DNA from: Pseudomonadota bacterium
Lineage (GTDB): Bacteria > Pseudomonadota > Gammaproteobacteria > GCA-001735895
Length of the DNA stretch: 64,000 nt
NCBI GenBank assembly: GCA_022563685.1
Contig: JADFMY010000001.1
Span: 10,707 to 74,706, forward strand
Direction: 5' to 3'
Within the stretch, counting starts at the first letter, position 1, and every line of letters begins with the position of its first letter. This document shows, piece after piece, positions 1-8,643 of this stretch. The notes beneath the pieces are model-generated. The model saw only the letters and a list, made by a program, of their open reading frames with translations, searched no databases and was not told where the DNA came from. The translations under genes and the position numbers were made by a program.

Positions 1-2
1 TA

Positions 3-953
3 ATCCTGACCCTGCTCTATTTTGTCGCCCCATCTGCAATAGTAACCGACCAGTGGGGAATCATATTAGCAATGGTTACATTTGCTTCATTTATCCTCTC
101 ATTTAGATACTCCAGGTTGTTTACCGAAGAAACCCGCTGGAAACTTGCCATCGAGACCTGGGCCATGATTATTTTCATTTCCTGGGTTGCCTTTAACACA
201 GGTGGTATTGATAGCCCGTTACTTATCTTGTTTCTCATTGTTATTATGGTCAGTGCTTTGACGCTGGGTAAGATCATAACCTTACTGGAGTTCATTTTAA
301 TTACCGTAGTTTATATTTATTTCGCCCAATCTACCTATACCGGGGATTCCTTTTCTTTGATAAATTTCAGTGATGTGATGATCTTATTTACCCCTATTAT
401 ACTGGTGGGATATGTGACCACACTGTTGGCAGCGGATATCCACCATGCGAATGAGGAATTGGCACTCTTGTCGGATACCGATGAATTGACAGGTGTCAAA
501 AACAGGAGAGCGTTTAATAAAGAATTTTCAATTGAAGCGAAGAGGGCTGTTCGCTACGAAAGACCATTTTCTATTATGATGCTGGATTCGGATAACCTTA
601 AGAAAATTAACGATCAATATGGCCATCCCGTTGGTGATAGTTTAATAATATCTCTCTCGCAAGTGATAAAGAGCAGCCTGCGAGAAACCGATATATTAGC
701 TCGATATGGTGGTGATGAATTTGTGGTTATGTTACCCGAAACAATTCATAGTAAGGCTTTTGAAATCGCAGAAAGAATCAGACAGTCTGTTGAAAATACG
801 TCATTCAGTGCTGATGGGAATCGCGTGTCATCAACACTCAGTATAGGTGTTGCCTGTTACCCGGAAGATTCAAATATTTCAGAAGAAGTATTAATAAAAG
901 CAGATAAGGCATTATATCAAAGTAAGCTCAAAGGTAAAAATTGTGTTTCCTGA
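3..953 (+). CDS. membrane-anchored diguanylate cyclase (GGDEF domain); start may lie upstream of the window
   Basis: ORF 72..953. The C-terminal half has GGDEF-family motifs (DELTGVKNRRAF, RYGGDEFVVMLPE, SIGVA). The N-terminal half is several hydrophobic helices. The frame stays open and hydrophobic back to nt 3, so ATG 72 may be internal. Confidence 0.85.
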   Translation: MLTLLYFVAPSAIVTDQWGIILAMVTFASFILSFRYSRLFTEETRWKLAIETWAMIIFISWVAFNTGGIDSPLLILFLIVIMVSALTLGKIITLLEFILITVVYIYFAQSTYTGDSFSLINFSDVMILFTPIILVGYVTTLLAADIHHANEELALLSDTDELTGVKNRRAFNKEFSIEAKRAVRYERPFSIMMLDSDNLKKINDQYGHPVGDSLIISLSQVIKSSLRETDILARYGGDEFVVMLPETIHSKAFEIAERIRQSVENTSFSADGNRVSSTLSIGVACYPEDSNISEEVLIKADKALYQSKLKGKNCVS

Positions 954-1038
954 TAATTATTAAATTACCTGGATACTCAAATCTTGCTAATATTAGGGAA
1001 CCTCTGAATAATTCATCCATGAATTCTCAGAGGACGAC

Positions 1039-1062
1039 AAATGAAAAATATGATTTTCATTT
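1039..1062. terminator. AT-rich hairpin between convergent genes (possible bidirectional terminator)
   Basis: aaatgaaaa / ttttcattt forms a 9-bp inverted repeat with a 6-nt loop, between the GGDEF gene (+) and the response regulator (-). The stem is all A/T, so it is weak. Confidence 0.25.
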
Positions 1063-1124
1063 GTCTCACAAAATCAATGCCTTAGCGGCACTGATGGTAG
1101 TTTCGTTCAATAGGCGGGGCAGCC

Positions 1125-2537
1125 TCAATTGACCAGCGCTTCATCTTCTTCGAATTCGATATCTTCGTGATCGGAGCCACTCGGGTCTATGAGCTTGTGC
1201 TGCTTGATAATGCGTCTCAATCGGGGGCGTGATATGCCCAGAATTTTGCAGGTTTCACCCTTGTGCCAGCCAGTCGAATTTAACACTCTCGATACATGGC
1301 ACTTTTCCATTTCGTCGAGACTGGTTTGTATCGGCATGGTCGAGTCAAATTCGGTCTGCGGGCAGGCACTAATGTATTCAGGGATTAGATCGAGGGTTAT
1401 GGTTTCAGCCGGTGACAGGGCCACTGCCTTGGTTAACACATTTTCCAGTTCACGAATATTCCCCGGCCAATGGTAGCTATGGAATGCACTGATTACTTCG
1501 ACGGATAAGTGGCTGATACTCTTGTGCATTTCCCGATTGATGCGACAGAGCAGGGTTTGCATCAAGTCCATCAAATCCTCCTTGCGATCGCGCAATGGTG
1601 GAATGCCTATGTTGACTACCTGCAACCTGTAGTACAAATCTTCCCTGAACAGACCTAGTTTAACTTTCTCCTGAAGGTCATTATTGGTCGCTGCTATTAT
1701 TCTCGCATTGGATTTAAAAACCGTGGAGCTACCGACCGGCGTGTATTCCTTTTCCTGGATCACACGGAGTATTTTGGCCTGTATAGCAGGTGACAGCTCA
1801 CCCACTTCGTCCAGAAACAGCGTGCCATTTTCCGCCATTGCGAACTTCCCATGATGCCTCTTAACGGCACCTGTAAAGGCGCCCTTTTCATGCCCGAACA
1901 ACTCTGATTCAAGCAGGGTTTCGATCAGGGCCGCGCAATTTACCGCTACGTAGGGGCCCTCGGAAATATGACTCGATTCGTGTATTGCGCGCGCTACCAG
2001 CTCCTTACCGGTGCCACTCTCGCCAGTGACCAGGACATTGATAGGCTTATCGGCTACCAGGCCGATGGTTTTATAAATTTCACGCATCGCCGGGCTATGG
2101 CCAGCCATTCTGAAGTGTTTGTTTTTATTCTGGTTAGCGTCATCTGTGCTGATCGGTACATTAGTGTGTTCTTCATCTGTACGGATAAGCGCTCGCTCAA
2201 CGGCCTGGTCCAGTTCGTTGATATCGACCGGTTTGTGGATATAGTCATCGGCGCCATTTTTCATCGCCTTGATGGTTGATTCCATATCATGATAAGCGGT
2301 AATCATGATAATCGGCACCTCAGGCACCACCTCGTGAAAATCGGTTAAACCTTCGAGACCTGATTTACTGGGCATTTTTAGATCGAGTAAAATCAGGTCT
2401 ATATCGTTGGATGCAGCCGCTAGCAGGCCATCATTGACGCTATGGGTGGTAATCACAGTATGCGACTGACTGCTGTAATGCAATTGCAGGGTTCTGCAAA
2501 TTGCAACATCGTCATCAACAATTAACAGGGTACTCAT
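1125..2537 (-). CDS. sigma-54-dependent response regulator (NtrC family bEBP)
   Basis: Receiver domain (LLIVDDD..., DLILLDLKMP). AAA+ core with Walker A GESGTGKE and the sigma-54 contact loop GAFTGA. C-terminal Fis-type HTH (ETCKILGISRPRLRRIIK). Confidence 0.9.
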   Translation of the reverse strand: MSTLLIVDDDVAICRTLQLHYSSQSHTVITTHSVNDGLLAAASNDIDLILLDLKMPSKSGLEGLTDFHEVVPEVPIIMITAYHDMESTIKAMKNGADDYIHKPVDINELDQAVERALIRTDEEHTNVPISTDDANQNKNKHFRMAGHSPAMREIYKTIGLVADKPINVLVTGESGTGKELVARAIHESSHISEGPYVAVNCAALIETLLESELFGHEKGAFTGAVKRHHGKFAMAENGTLFLDEVGELSPAIQAKILRVIQEKEYTPVGSSTVFKSNARIIAATNNDLQEKVKLGLFREDLYYRLQVVNIGIPPLRDRKEDLMDLMQTLLCRINREMHKSISHLSVEVISAFHSYHWPGNIRELENVLTKAVALSPAETITLDLIPEYISACPQTEFDSTMPIQTSLDEMEKCHVSRVLNSTGWHKGETCKILGISRPRLRRIIKQHKLIDPSGSDHEDIEFEEDEALVN

Positions 2538-2655
2538 TCTATACTTTGCCTCCCGTCTCCCGGCTTTTCACATCAGGCAATCCAGGCCATCATACTCTAC
2601 GTAAAACAGATAACTAGTGAGCTGGATCAATATTTCGCCTGGATCTGTATTCGAT

Positions 2656-5592
2656 TCACGAGACCAGGCCCAGTTTAACTATCGCTATACAACCACCATT
2701 TTCGCCCGCCTGTAACTGCAATTTACCCTGTTGCAATTCGACGAATCGCTTGGCGATAGCGAGTCCCAGTCCGGTACCTTTCGACCGACCGGTATAGAAA
2801 GGCTCGAATAATTCATCCACCGTATCTATATCTATACCGCAACCATTATCTTCGATGGCGATATTGATGGCAGAATTTTCATCACCCAGTTCCAGCCGCA
2901 CAGATATATTGATAATCGGCCTGACATCTTCGAGGGTTTCCACAGACTGTATTGCGTTTGCGAGTAAATTGGATATCACCTGGCGTAGTTTTCTGGAATC
3001 CGCATTGATCAAAGGCAGGCCCTTTTCGAACCAGGTATTGATGGTTGCACCGGATGCATTAATTTCCTTTTGAACAATACTGATGCTGTGCTCGATTAGA
3101 TTTTTTGTATCTATCCATTCCAGATTGACCGCATCCGGGCGTGAATAGCTCATCAGATCGGCGAGTATATCTTCCATATAATGTACTTGCTCAAGCGCTA
3201 TCTGATTAAGCTCGATGGCATTTTTCTGACTCAGTTTACTAGACTGCTTTTGAAAAATCTGTAATCCCATCTTGATCGACGAGAGCGGATTGCGCAGGTC
3301 GTGGGCAATCACATTTGCCATTTTCCCCACCGTATTAAAAGCCTGATTACGGCTTATTTCCTCGTTACGCTGCATTAACTCATTTTCGAGCTGGTGTCTT
3401 ATGGTCAGGTCTATGACCGCCGAAATATTCAATTCCCCCTCTAGACTGGGCGCCGAGCTAACGCCGATTTCAACTGGAAATACTTCTCCGGATTTTTTAT
3501 GAGCCAGAAAATCTCTCCCCTGCTCCGCACTTATGCCTGTACTTTCGATCGTGCTATCGGATTGCACCAACAATCTTTGTTGCGATACTTCGTCTGGAAT
3601 CACAAGGTGAATATCCTTGCCGACCAACTCACTCTCCTGGTAACCAAACATTTTCAGCAAGTGGTCGTTGACGAGCAGAATTTCACCGTCGCCGTTCGAC
3701 ATAACCATCGCCACGGGAGCCGAGTTGAAACAGTGCTTGAAGCGTTCTTCGAGCATTTTCTGCTCGGTGATATCTTCCTTTACCGCGAGGAAGTGGGTTA
3801 TTTCTCCTTCAGAATTTCGGATACCTGAAATAGACGCCGACTCCCAGTAAAGTTCGCCACTTTTCTTACGGTTGTGAAATATGCCGCGCCAGGTTTTTCC
3901 TTGCTTAACTTTACGCCATAAGTTGGAATATTCTTCATCACTGGTTTCACCGGATTTGAGGATGCGGGGGGTAAGACCTTTGACCTCTTCCAGACTGTAA
4001 CCCGTCAAGCTTTCGAATTTTGGATTAACATACTCAATCAGGCCCTCTTTGTCGGTAAGAACGACCGAGGCAGGACTTTGTTCCACTGCTTCGGATAAAT
4101 GTCGTACACGCATTTCATTCTCTCGATATTGGGTAATATCTTCACCGATAAATATCAACCCAACATCTTCTCCCTCGGAATTGGTCAGGAAGGTATCGTG
4201 CCAGCGGATTAGATACTCGCGTTTTAAACGATCCTGTAACCAGCTTTCATGCGTTGTTGTGTCTTTGCGCCGTTGGATAGCCTGTTCGAAAAATTCGCTG
4301 CAAGCATCTTTAAACTGGTTAGCAACGAGTGTTTCTATCCAGTGCTTACCCAGCAGTTGCGCCCTTTGCCAGCCCAGTAAATTGAGCAGGGCATTATTAC
4401 AGAAGGTAATATTGCCCTGCATATCCACGGCCAGGATATTAACCTCGATGGACTCAAATACTCTTCGGAAATATTGCTCGGACTCGATATCAATCTCTGC
4501 CATCTGATGACTGGCTCTAAAACGCGCAATGATATGCCCACCGATCAGGAATACTAAAAACACAATCAGGTAGAAGAGCCAGTTGCCGCGAAAAAAATCC
4601 TTTCCCAGTGTATTGAGTTCGGCGGGCGTAATATGGGCGACCAGGCTCCAGGGTCGATTGAAAAATTCGGGTCTGGCCTGAGACGTATCATAATCTTTAC
4701 TCAAACCGGTTATTTCAATGCCGGGAAAAACGGTGTTATAACTGAACAAACCGTTAGGACTACTAAACTGACCCGATTCAGAGGTAGATATCCGCTCCCA
4801 CTCGTTTTCATAGTCGGTGGCGAATGTATATTCATGGTCCAGCATAAAACCCCATTCCAAATCACGGTTAAAGTGGCTTAACCAGTAACCTTCGTGGTTC
4901 AACAACATAACGCGATTAGAAATATTTGAGGTTGCGGCACGGAAATTGTTAAGTAATCGATTACCCAGATAATTAAGAATCAGCACGCCGACCCTGATTC
5001 CGGAAGAATTAAATACTGGCGTTCCAAAACGTATCACCGGCTTTATTGGTATCTGAATCCTTCCGTGTTCGACATTGAGATCAAAAGGTGAAATATAGAT
5101 TTCATTTCTATCGAGTTCCAACGCCTCCCGAAAATAGTATCTTTGCGCCTTGTGCTGCAGGTAGGCTTCTTCGACGATAATGGATTTACCATCACGATTG
5201 TTAATGCGTATCACTTCCTGACCGTTTATATCGATCAGGCGAATTTGATCGTAGATTATTTTTTCACGGGAAAATAACGCCAGGTCTCGCGCCAGAATGG
5301 CAAGTGTCTGCGCATCAAGATGATCAAAGTACCCATGTAACTCAGCCTGCCTGGCGAGAAAACTAACATCGGACTGAATATTGGTAAGCTCGGTAACAAT
5401 CGCAGTTTTACCCAGTTCCAGATTGAGTAACTCCTGATCATTGCGCTTCGATGTTTCAGCCGAAATATAGCTGTTGTAATGAACTGCCAGGATCGCCAGC
5501 AATATGACAATCGATATCGACGTATACCACAAGGTCTGCTGAAGTATGCGTTGATTTTTACTGAGGTGATGAACAGGTGTATGGCTGAGCAT
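2656..5592 (-). CDS. sensor histidine kinase with a periplasmic Cache-like domain, multiple PAS domains, HisKA and HATPase_c
   Basis: 978 aa. Two TM segments flank a ~300-aa extracytoplasmic domain. These are followed by repeated PAS-like blocks, an H-box (AHDLRNPLSSI) and G-boxes (DNGCGI, GTGLGLAI). Confidence 0.9.
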   Translation of the reverse strand: MLSHTPVHHLSKNQRILQQTLWYTSISIVILLAILAVHYNSYISAETSKRNDQELLNLELGKTAIVTELTNIQSDVSFLARQAELHGYFDHLDAQTLAILARDLALFSREKIIYDQIRLIDINGQEVIRINNRDGKSIIVEEAYLQHKAQRYYFREALELDRNEIYISPFDLNVEHGRIQIPIKPVIRFGTPVFNSSGIRVGVLILNYLGNRLLNNFRAATSNISNRVMLLNHEGYWLSHFNRDLEWGFMLDHEYTFATDYENEWERISTSESGQFSSPNGLFSYNTVFPGIEITGLSKDYDTSQARPEFFNRPWSLVAHITPAELNTLGKDFFRGNWLFYLIVFLVFLIGGHIIARFRASHQMAEIDIESEQYFRRVFESIEVNILAVDMQGNITFCNNALLNLLGWQRAQLLGKHWIETLVANQFKDACSEFFEQAIQRRKDTTTHESWLQDRLKREYLIRWHDTFLTNSEGEDVGLIFIGEDITQYRENEMRVRHLSEAVEQSPASVVLTDKEGLIEYVNPKFESLTGYSLEEVKGLTPRILKSGETSDEEYSNLWRKVKQGKTWRGIFHNRKKSGELYWESASISGIRNSEGEITHFLAVKEDITEQKMLEERFKHCFNSAPVAMVMSNGDGEILLVNDHLLKMFGYQESELVGKDIHLVIPDEVSQQRLLVQSDSTIESTGISAEQGRDFLAHKKSGEVFPVEIGVSSAPSLEGELNISAVIDLTIRHQLENELMQRNEEISRNQAFNTVGKMANVIAHDLRNPLSSIKMGLQIFQKQSSKLSQKNAIELNQIALEQVHYMEDILADLMSYSRPDAVNLEWIDTKNLIEHSISIVQKEINASGATINTWFEKGLPLINADSRKLRQVISNLLANAIQSVETLEDVRPIINISVRLELGDENSAINIAIEDNGCGIDIDTVDELFEPFYTGRSKGTGLGLAIAKRFVELQQGKLQLQAGENGGCIAIVKLGLVS

Positions 5593-5601
5593 GGTGAGGG
5601 G

Positions 5602-5934
5602 TCAGCCACATTGAGTTAGCATCAAATAGCGTAGCCGTTGCAGATAATCCGCCCTGGTCTCGCCGGCCTGCTTTGGATGAAGAAACAGCAGTTTAGCCGC
5701 GATCATAGTTTGCCGTCGCGCTTCGTGATCTATGGTCGCAGATTGATCCATTAACATTTGCAGGTTTGTCAGTGCCCTTTCGGGGTTCTTGCAATAGCGC
5801 GGAAAACTGATGTTATGCGCATACCATTGCGACATCAAAGAGATCGACAACAATGCCAGCATTACCGGGATTATAATTTTCCATGGGTTAAATCGTGGTG
5901 ACGCCGATTCGGACTGACTGGAGGAATTATTCAT
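5602..5934 (-). CDS. hypothetical single-pass membrane protein
   Basis: 110-aa ORF with one TM helix (WKIIIPVMLALLSISLM). It has a 4-nt overlap with the upstream gene and lies 9 nt before the kinase gene. I recognise no family. Confidence 0.5.
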   Translation of the reverse strand: MNNSSSQSESASPRFNPWKIIIPVMLALLSISLMSQWYAHNISFPRYCKNPERALTNLQMLMDQSATIDHEARRQTMIAAKLLFLHPKQAGETRADYLQRLRYLMLTQCG

Positions 5935-7355
5935 ACCCGGTTCAGAACTTCATCAGCATTGGTCCAGACATAAGCAGGTCTGGATGTCGTCCCTTCAGTC
6001 ATCCTGGTACTTATCTGGTCGGCTACGGTTTTAGCCTGAATGATACGATCTCTAATCGAAATACCCTGCAGGTAGTTGGCGACAAAATGCAGGCCGTCAC
6101 AGCGGCCCTCGTACCGGTTAATCGCCTGGGTTAATCGATGGTAGTTACCGTGATAAAGCGGAAGCCCCTGATGATGCCGATTAATCCTGATCATCTCGGG
6201 CGAGCCCTTAAGTCCGCAAAGGTTTTGTAATGCACGCAGGGTTTGATCGACTAAAACACGGTCTGGATTTTTCAGTGCATCCGCCTGACAGGCGCCGCCG
6301 ATAAAGTTACTGGTGAGCAGTTTTCCTTCGGGTGCCCGATTCGCGATCAGGTTGCTTATCCATAAACTGCCCCGAATGGGTGTTTTTTCACGGCTTGGCA
6401 CCAGGAAACCGCTACCATCCAGTGGTTTGCTAAATGCGCCCCTGTCGAAACCGAGATGAATCTGGGCTATCGGGGCATATTCGATTTGATTCAACAGTGC
6501 GGATAATTTCGGATGGATCGGTTTCAACAATTTGCAGGCGATGTTAGCGGGTGTTGAAAATATGACGTGGCGGGTTTGGTATTGCAATTCAGTAGTGTTA
6601 TCACTAGCAGTCACCCGCCAACCAGATTTTAGCGGTTCGAGGGCGATTACCTGTTGCCCGGTATGAATCTCAGCAAGTGGGTTTTCAGCCAGGGTATCAA
6701 CCAGTGTTTTCATACCACCGGAAAAACTGAATGCTTCCTGTGGCAAGCCTCTTTTTCCAGGTAATAGTTTTTTGATTAACACGCCTGCGGTAATACTACC
6801 AAACTCGTTTTCCAAAGCGGTCAGGCGCGGCAAGGTGGAACGTGCGCAGGCTTTTTCAGGATCACAGGCGAGCACCGCAGAAACATAGGGATCGATCGCC
6901 AGGTCGAGTATCTCCTGCCCTAGCCTGCGTCGAATGAACGCGGCGACGCTCTCCCACTCTGATCGTCGGCAGCACCTGAAGGCCTCGGTGATCATTTGAA
7001 TCCGGGTTTTAAACGAAAACAAATCCGAGCACAGCATCTCCCTGATATTGACTGGCACCTCGGCTAATTCACTATTTTTAAGCACATAACGTTTGGCAAC
7101 CGGATTACGGTTTACCCGATGCTTCTGCAGGCCGGATTCGCTAATAAACCGACTCACGGCTGAGTCAAAGTTAAGAATCATCGAGGCGGCATGATCGGTC
7201 AAATATCCATCCTGATCGGTGCTGTCGATCAATCCTCCGCTACGCTTTGCCTGTTCGAGCAAGATAGAATGTATGCCATGTTGCGACAACCACCAGGCCG
7301 ATGACAAACCCGATATGCCAGCTCCGATAATCAATACACTGCTTTGTCGGGTCAT
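5931..7355 (-). CDS. HemY/CgoX-type FAD-dependent (copro/proto)porphyrinogen oxidase-like protein
   Basis: N-terminal dinucleotide fold VLIIGAGISGLSSAWWL...LLEQAKRSGG. It is collinear with Bacillus HemY to the C-terminus (GSGFLVP..., APEGK.LL, SPEMIRINRHHQGLPLYHGNY, GLHFVANYLQGISIRDRI). Confidence 0.8.
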   Translation of the reverse strand: MTRQSSVLIIGAGISGLSSAWWLSQHGIHSILLEQAKRSGGLIDSTDQDGYLTDHAASMILNFDSAVSRFISESGLQKHRVNRNPVAKRYVLKNSELAEVPVNIREMLCSDLFSFKTRIQMITEAFRCCRRSEWESVAAFIRRRLGQEILDLAIDPYVSAVLACDPEKACARSTLPRLTALENEFGSITAGVLIKKLLPGKRGLPQEAFSFSGGMKTLVDTLAENPLAEIHTGQQVIALEPLKSGWRVTASDNTTELQYQTRHVIFSTPANIACKLLKPIHPKLSALLNQIEYAPIAQIHLGFDRGAFSKPLDGSGFLVPSREKTPIRGSLWISNLIANRAPEGKLLTSNFIGGACQADALKNPDRVLVDQTLRALQNLCGLKGSPEMIRINRHHQGLPLYHGNYHRLTQAINRYEGRCDGLHFVANYLQGISIRDRIIQAKTVADQISTRMTEGTTSRPAYVWTNADEVLNRV

Positions 7356-8635
7356 GGTTCAAGCCCGCCTGATGGTGGGCGTTTCCAGGGCAGGTCGTCA
7401 CCAAAACGCCTGGCCGATAACTGTTGCATATGCTCGACAGTGATTAATTGTTCACCCAGATCAATTACATACGATTCGGTTCTTTTTTTAATCATCGCGC
7501 GCAAAAAGCCGGGGATGCGACCGAGTCTTTTATGCGCCTCGTCGGACCATACCAGGTCAGCACCGGCAAAATCGGTAACAGGCTGGATTACGTCTTTACC
7601 TTGCGGCAGATAATCGCAGGATGCGTCTTCATCCATGATATGCCCTCCCGCTGCCAGTGGTCTCGCACGGCAGCCGCCGCAGAGTTTTCGAAATTCGCAA
7701 TAACCGCATTTACCGGTCAATTGTGGGTTGCGTAAGGATAGAAAATCGGGCGCGGTAGTCCAGATTGAGTGAAAATCCTGTTGGCGAATATTACCGACAC
7801 TTTGCTCAATATACGGACAGGCAGTCACCTCTCCTTCGGGCGTTACACGGCAATAATGGCTGCCGGCGATACAGCCATCACCTTCCATACCACTGATCCG
7901 ATTCAGCGCCGAATCAGGAGCCATCTGCCAGGCTATGCGCTTGAAATAGGGAGCGCAGCGGGGCCGAATAATCAAATCATCGTATTGTTGCTGCAACTGA
8001 ATTATTTTTTTTATGCTCGCTTCATAATGATGCGCAGAGATGTCGCCGACCGATTCTGCGCGTCCGGTACATATAATAAAAAAGAAATTGACCACCCTGG
8101 CCCCGGACAGCCTGGCAAACAAAACGATATCCTTGATCTCGTGATAATTGTTATCGGTAATGGAAAAATGTATTTGGAAATCGAGCCCATGCTTCCGGCA
8201 ATGCTCGATACCTGTCATAGTTTTATGCCAGCTACCGGGCTTACCTCTAAAGGCATCATGACGCGACGCATCCAGCGAATCGACGCTAATGCCTATGCCC
8301 ATTGCCCCGGCATTTTTCAGTGACACGACGCGTCGTTCGGTCAGCAAGGCGCCATTGCTACCGATCACCAACATCAGGCCCAATTGCTTGCCATGGCTGC
8401 AAATCGCTTCCAGATCCTTCCTGATGAGGGGTTCCCCGCCGGTTAGTACCACCATGGTTTGATCGTGATGCAGCGCTATCTGGTCGAGCAGACCTTTCAC
8501 TTCGTCGGTGGTTAATTCGTTGGGTGACGGTGTTGTTAAGTCATCGGCGTCGAGATAACAGTGCGCACAGGCCAGATTACACCTGCGGGTTAGATTAATC
8601 GCGATAATCTGGAGTTGATCTGAATCCGCAACCAT
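7352..8635 (-). CDS. radical SAM/SPASM enzyme of the AhbC/AhbD/NirJ type with a C-terminal PCP_red-like domain
   Basis: CxxxCxxC motif CNLACAHC. FFFIICTGRA block as in haem-modifying radical SAM enzymes. Cys-rich SPASM region (CPYIEQ..., CGYCEFRKLCGGCRARP). The tail VWSDEAHKRLGRIPGFLRAMIKKRTESYV resembles the BchB/ChlB C-terminal domain. Confidence 0.8.
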   Translation of the reverse strand: MVADSDQLQIIAINLTRRCNLACAHCYLDADDLTTPSPNELTTDEVKGLLDQIALHHDQTMVVLTGGEPLIRKDLEAICSHGKQLGLMLVIGSNGALLTERRVVSLKNAGAMGIGISVDSLDASRHDAFRGKPGSWHKTMTGIEHCRKHGLDFQIHFSITDNNYHEIKDIVLFARLSGARVVNFFFIICTGRAESVGDISAHHYEASIKKIIQLQQQYDDLIIRPRCAPYFKRIAWQMAPDSALNRISGMEGDGCIAGSHYCRVTPEGEVTACPYIEQSVGNIRQQDFHSIWTTAPDFLSLRNPQLTGKCGYCEFRKLCGGCRARPLAAGGHIMDEDASCDYLPQGKDVIQPVTDFAGADLVWSDEAHKRLGRIPGFLRAMIKKRTESYVIDLGEQLITVEHMQQLSARRFGDDLPWKRPPSGGLEP

Positions 8636-8643
8636 AGCGTGGT

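Noticed and set aside
941-1132. 63-aa ORF between the GGDEF gene and the response regulator
   Set aside because: It lies in a convergent intergenic region, has no RBS or recognisable motif, and overlaps the AT-rich hairpin.
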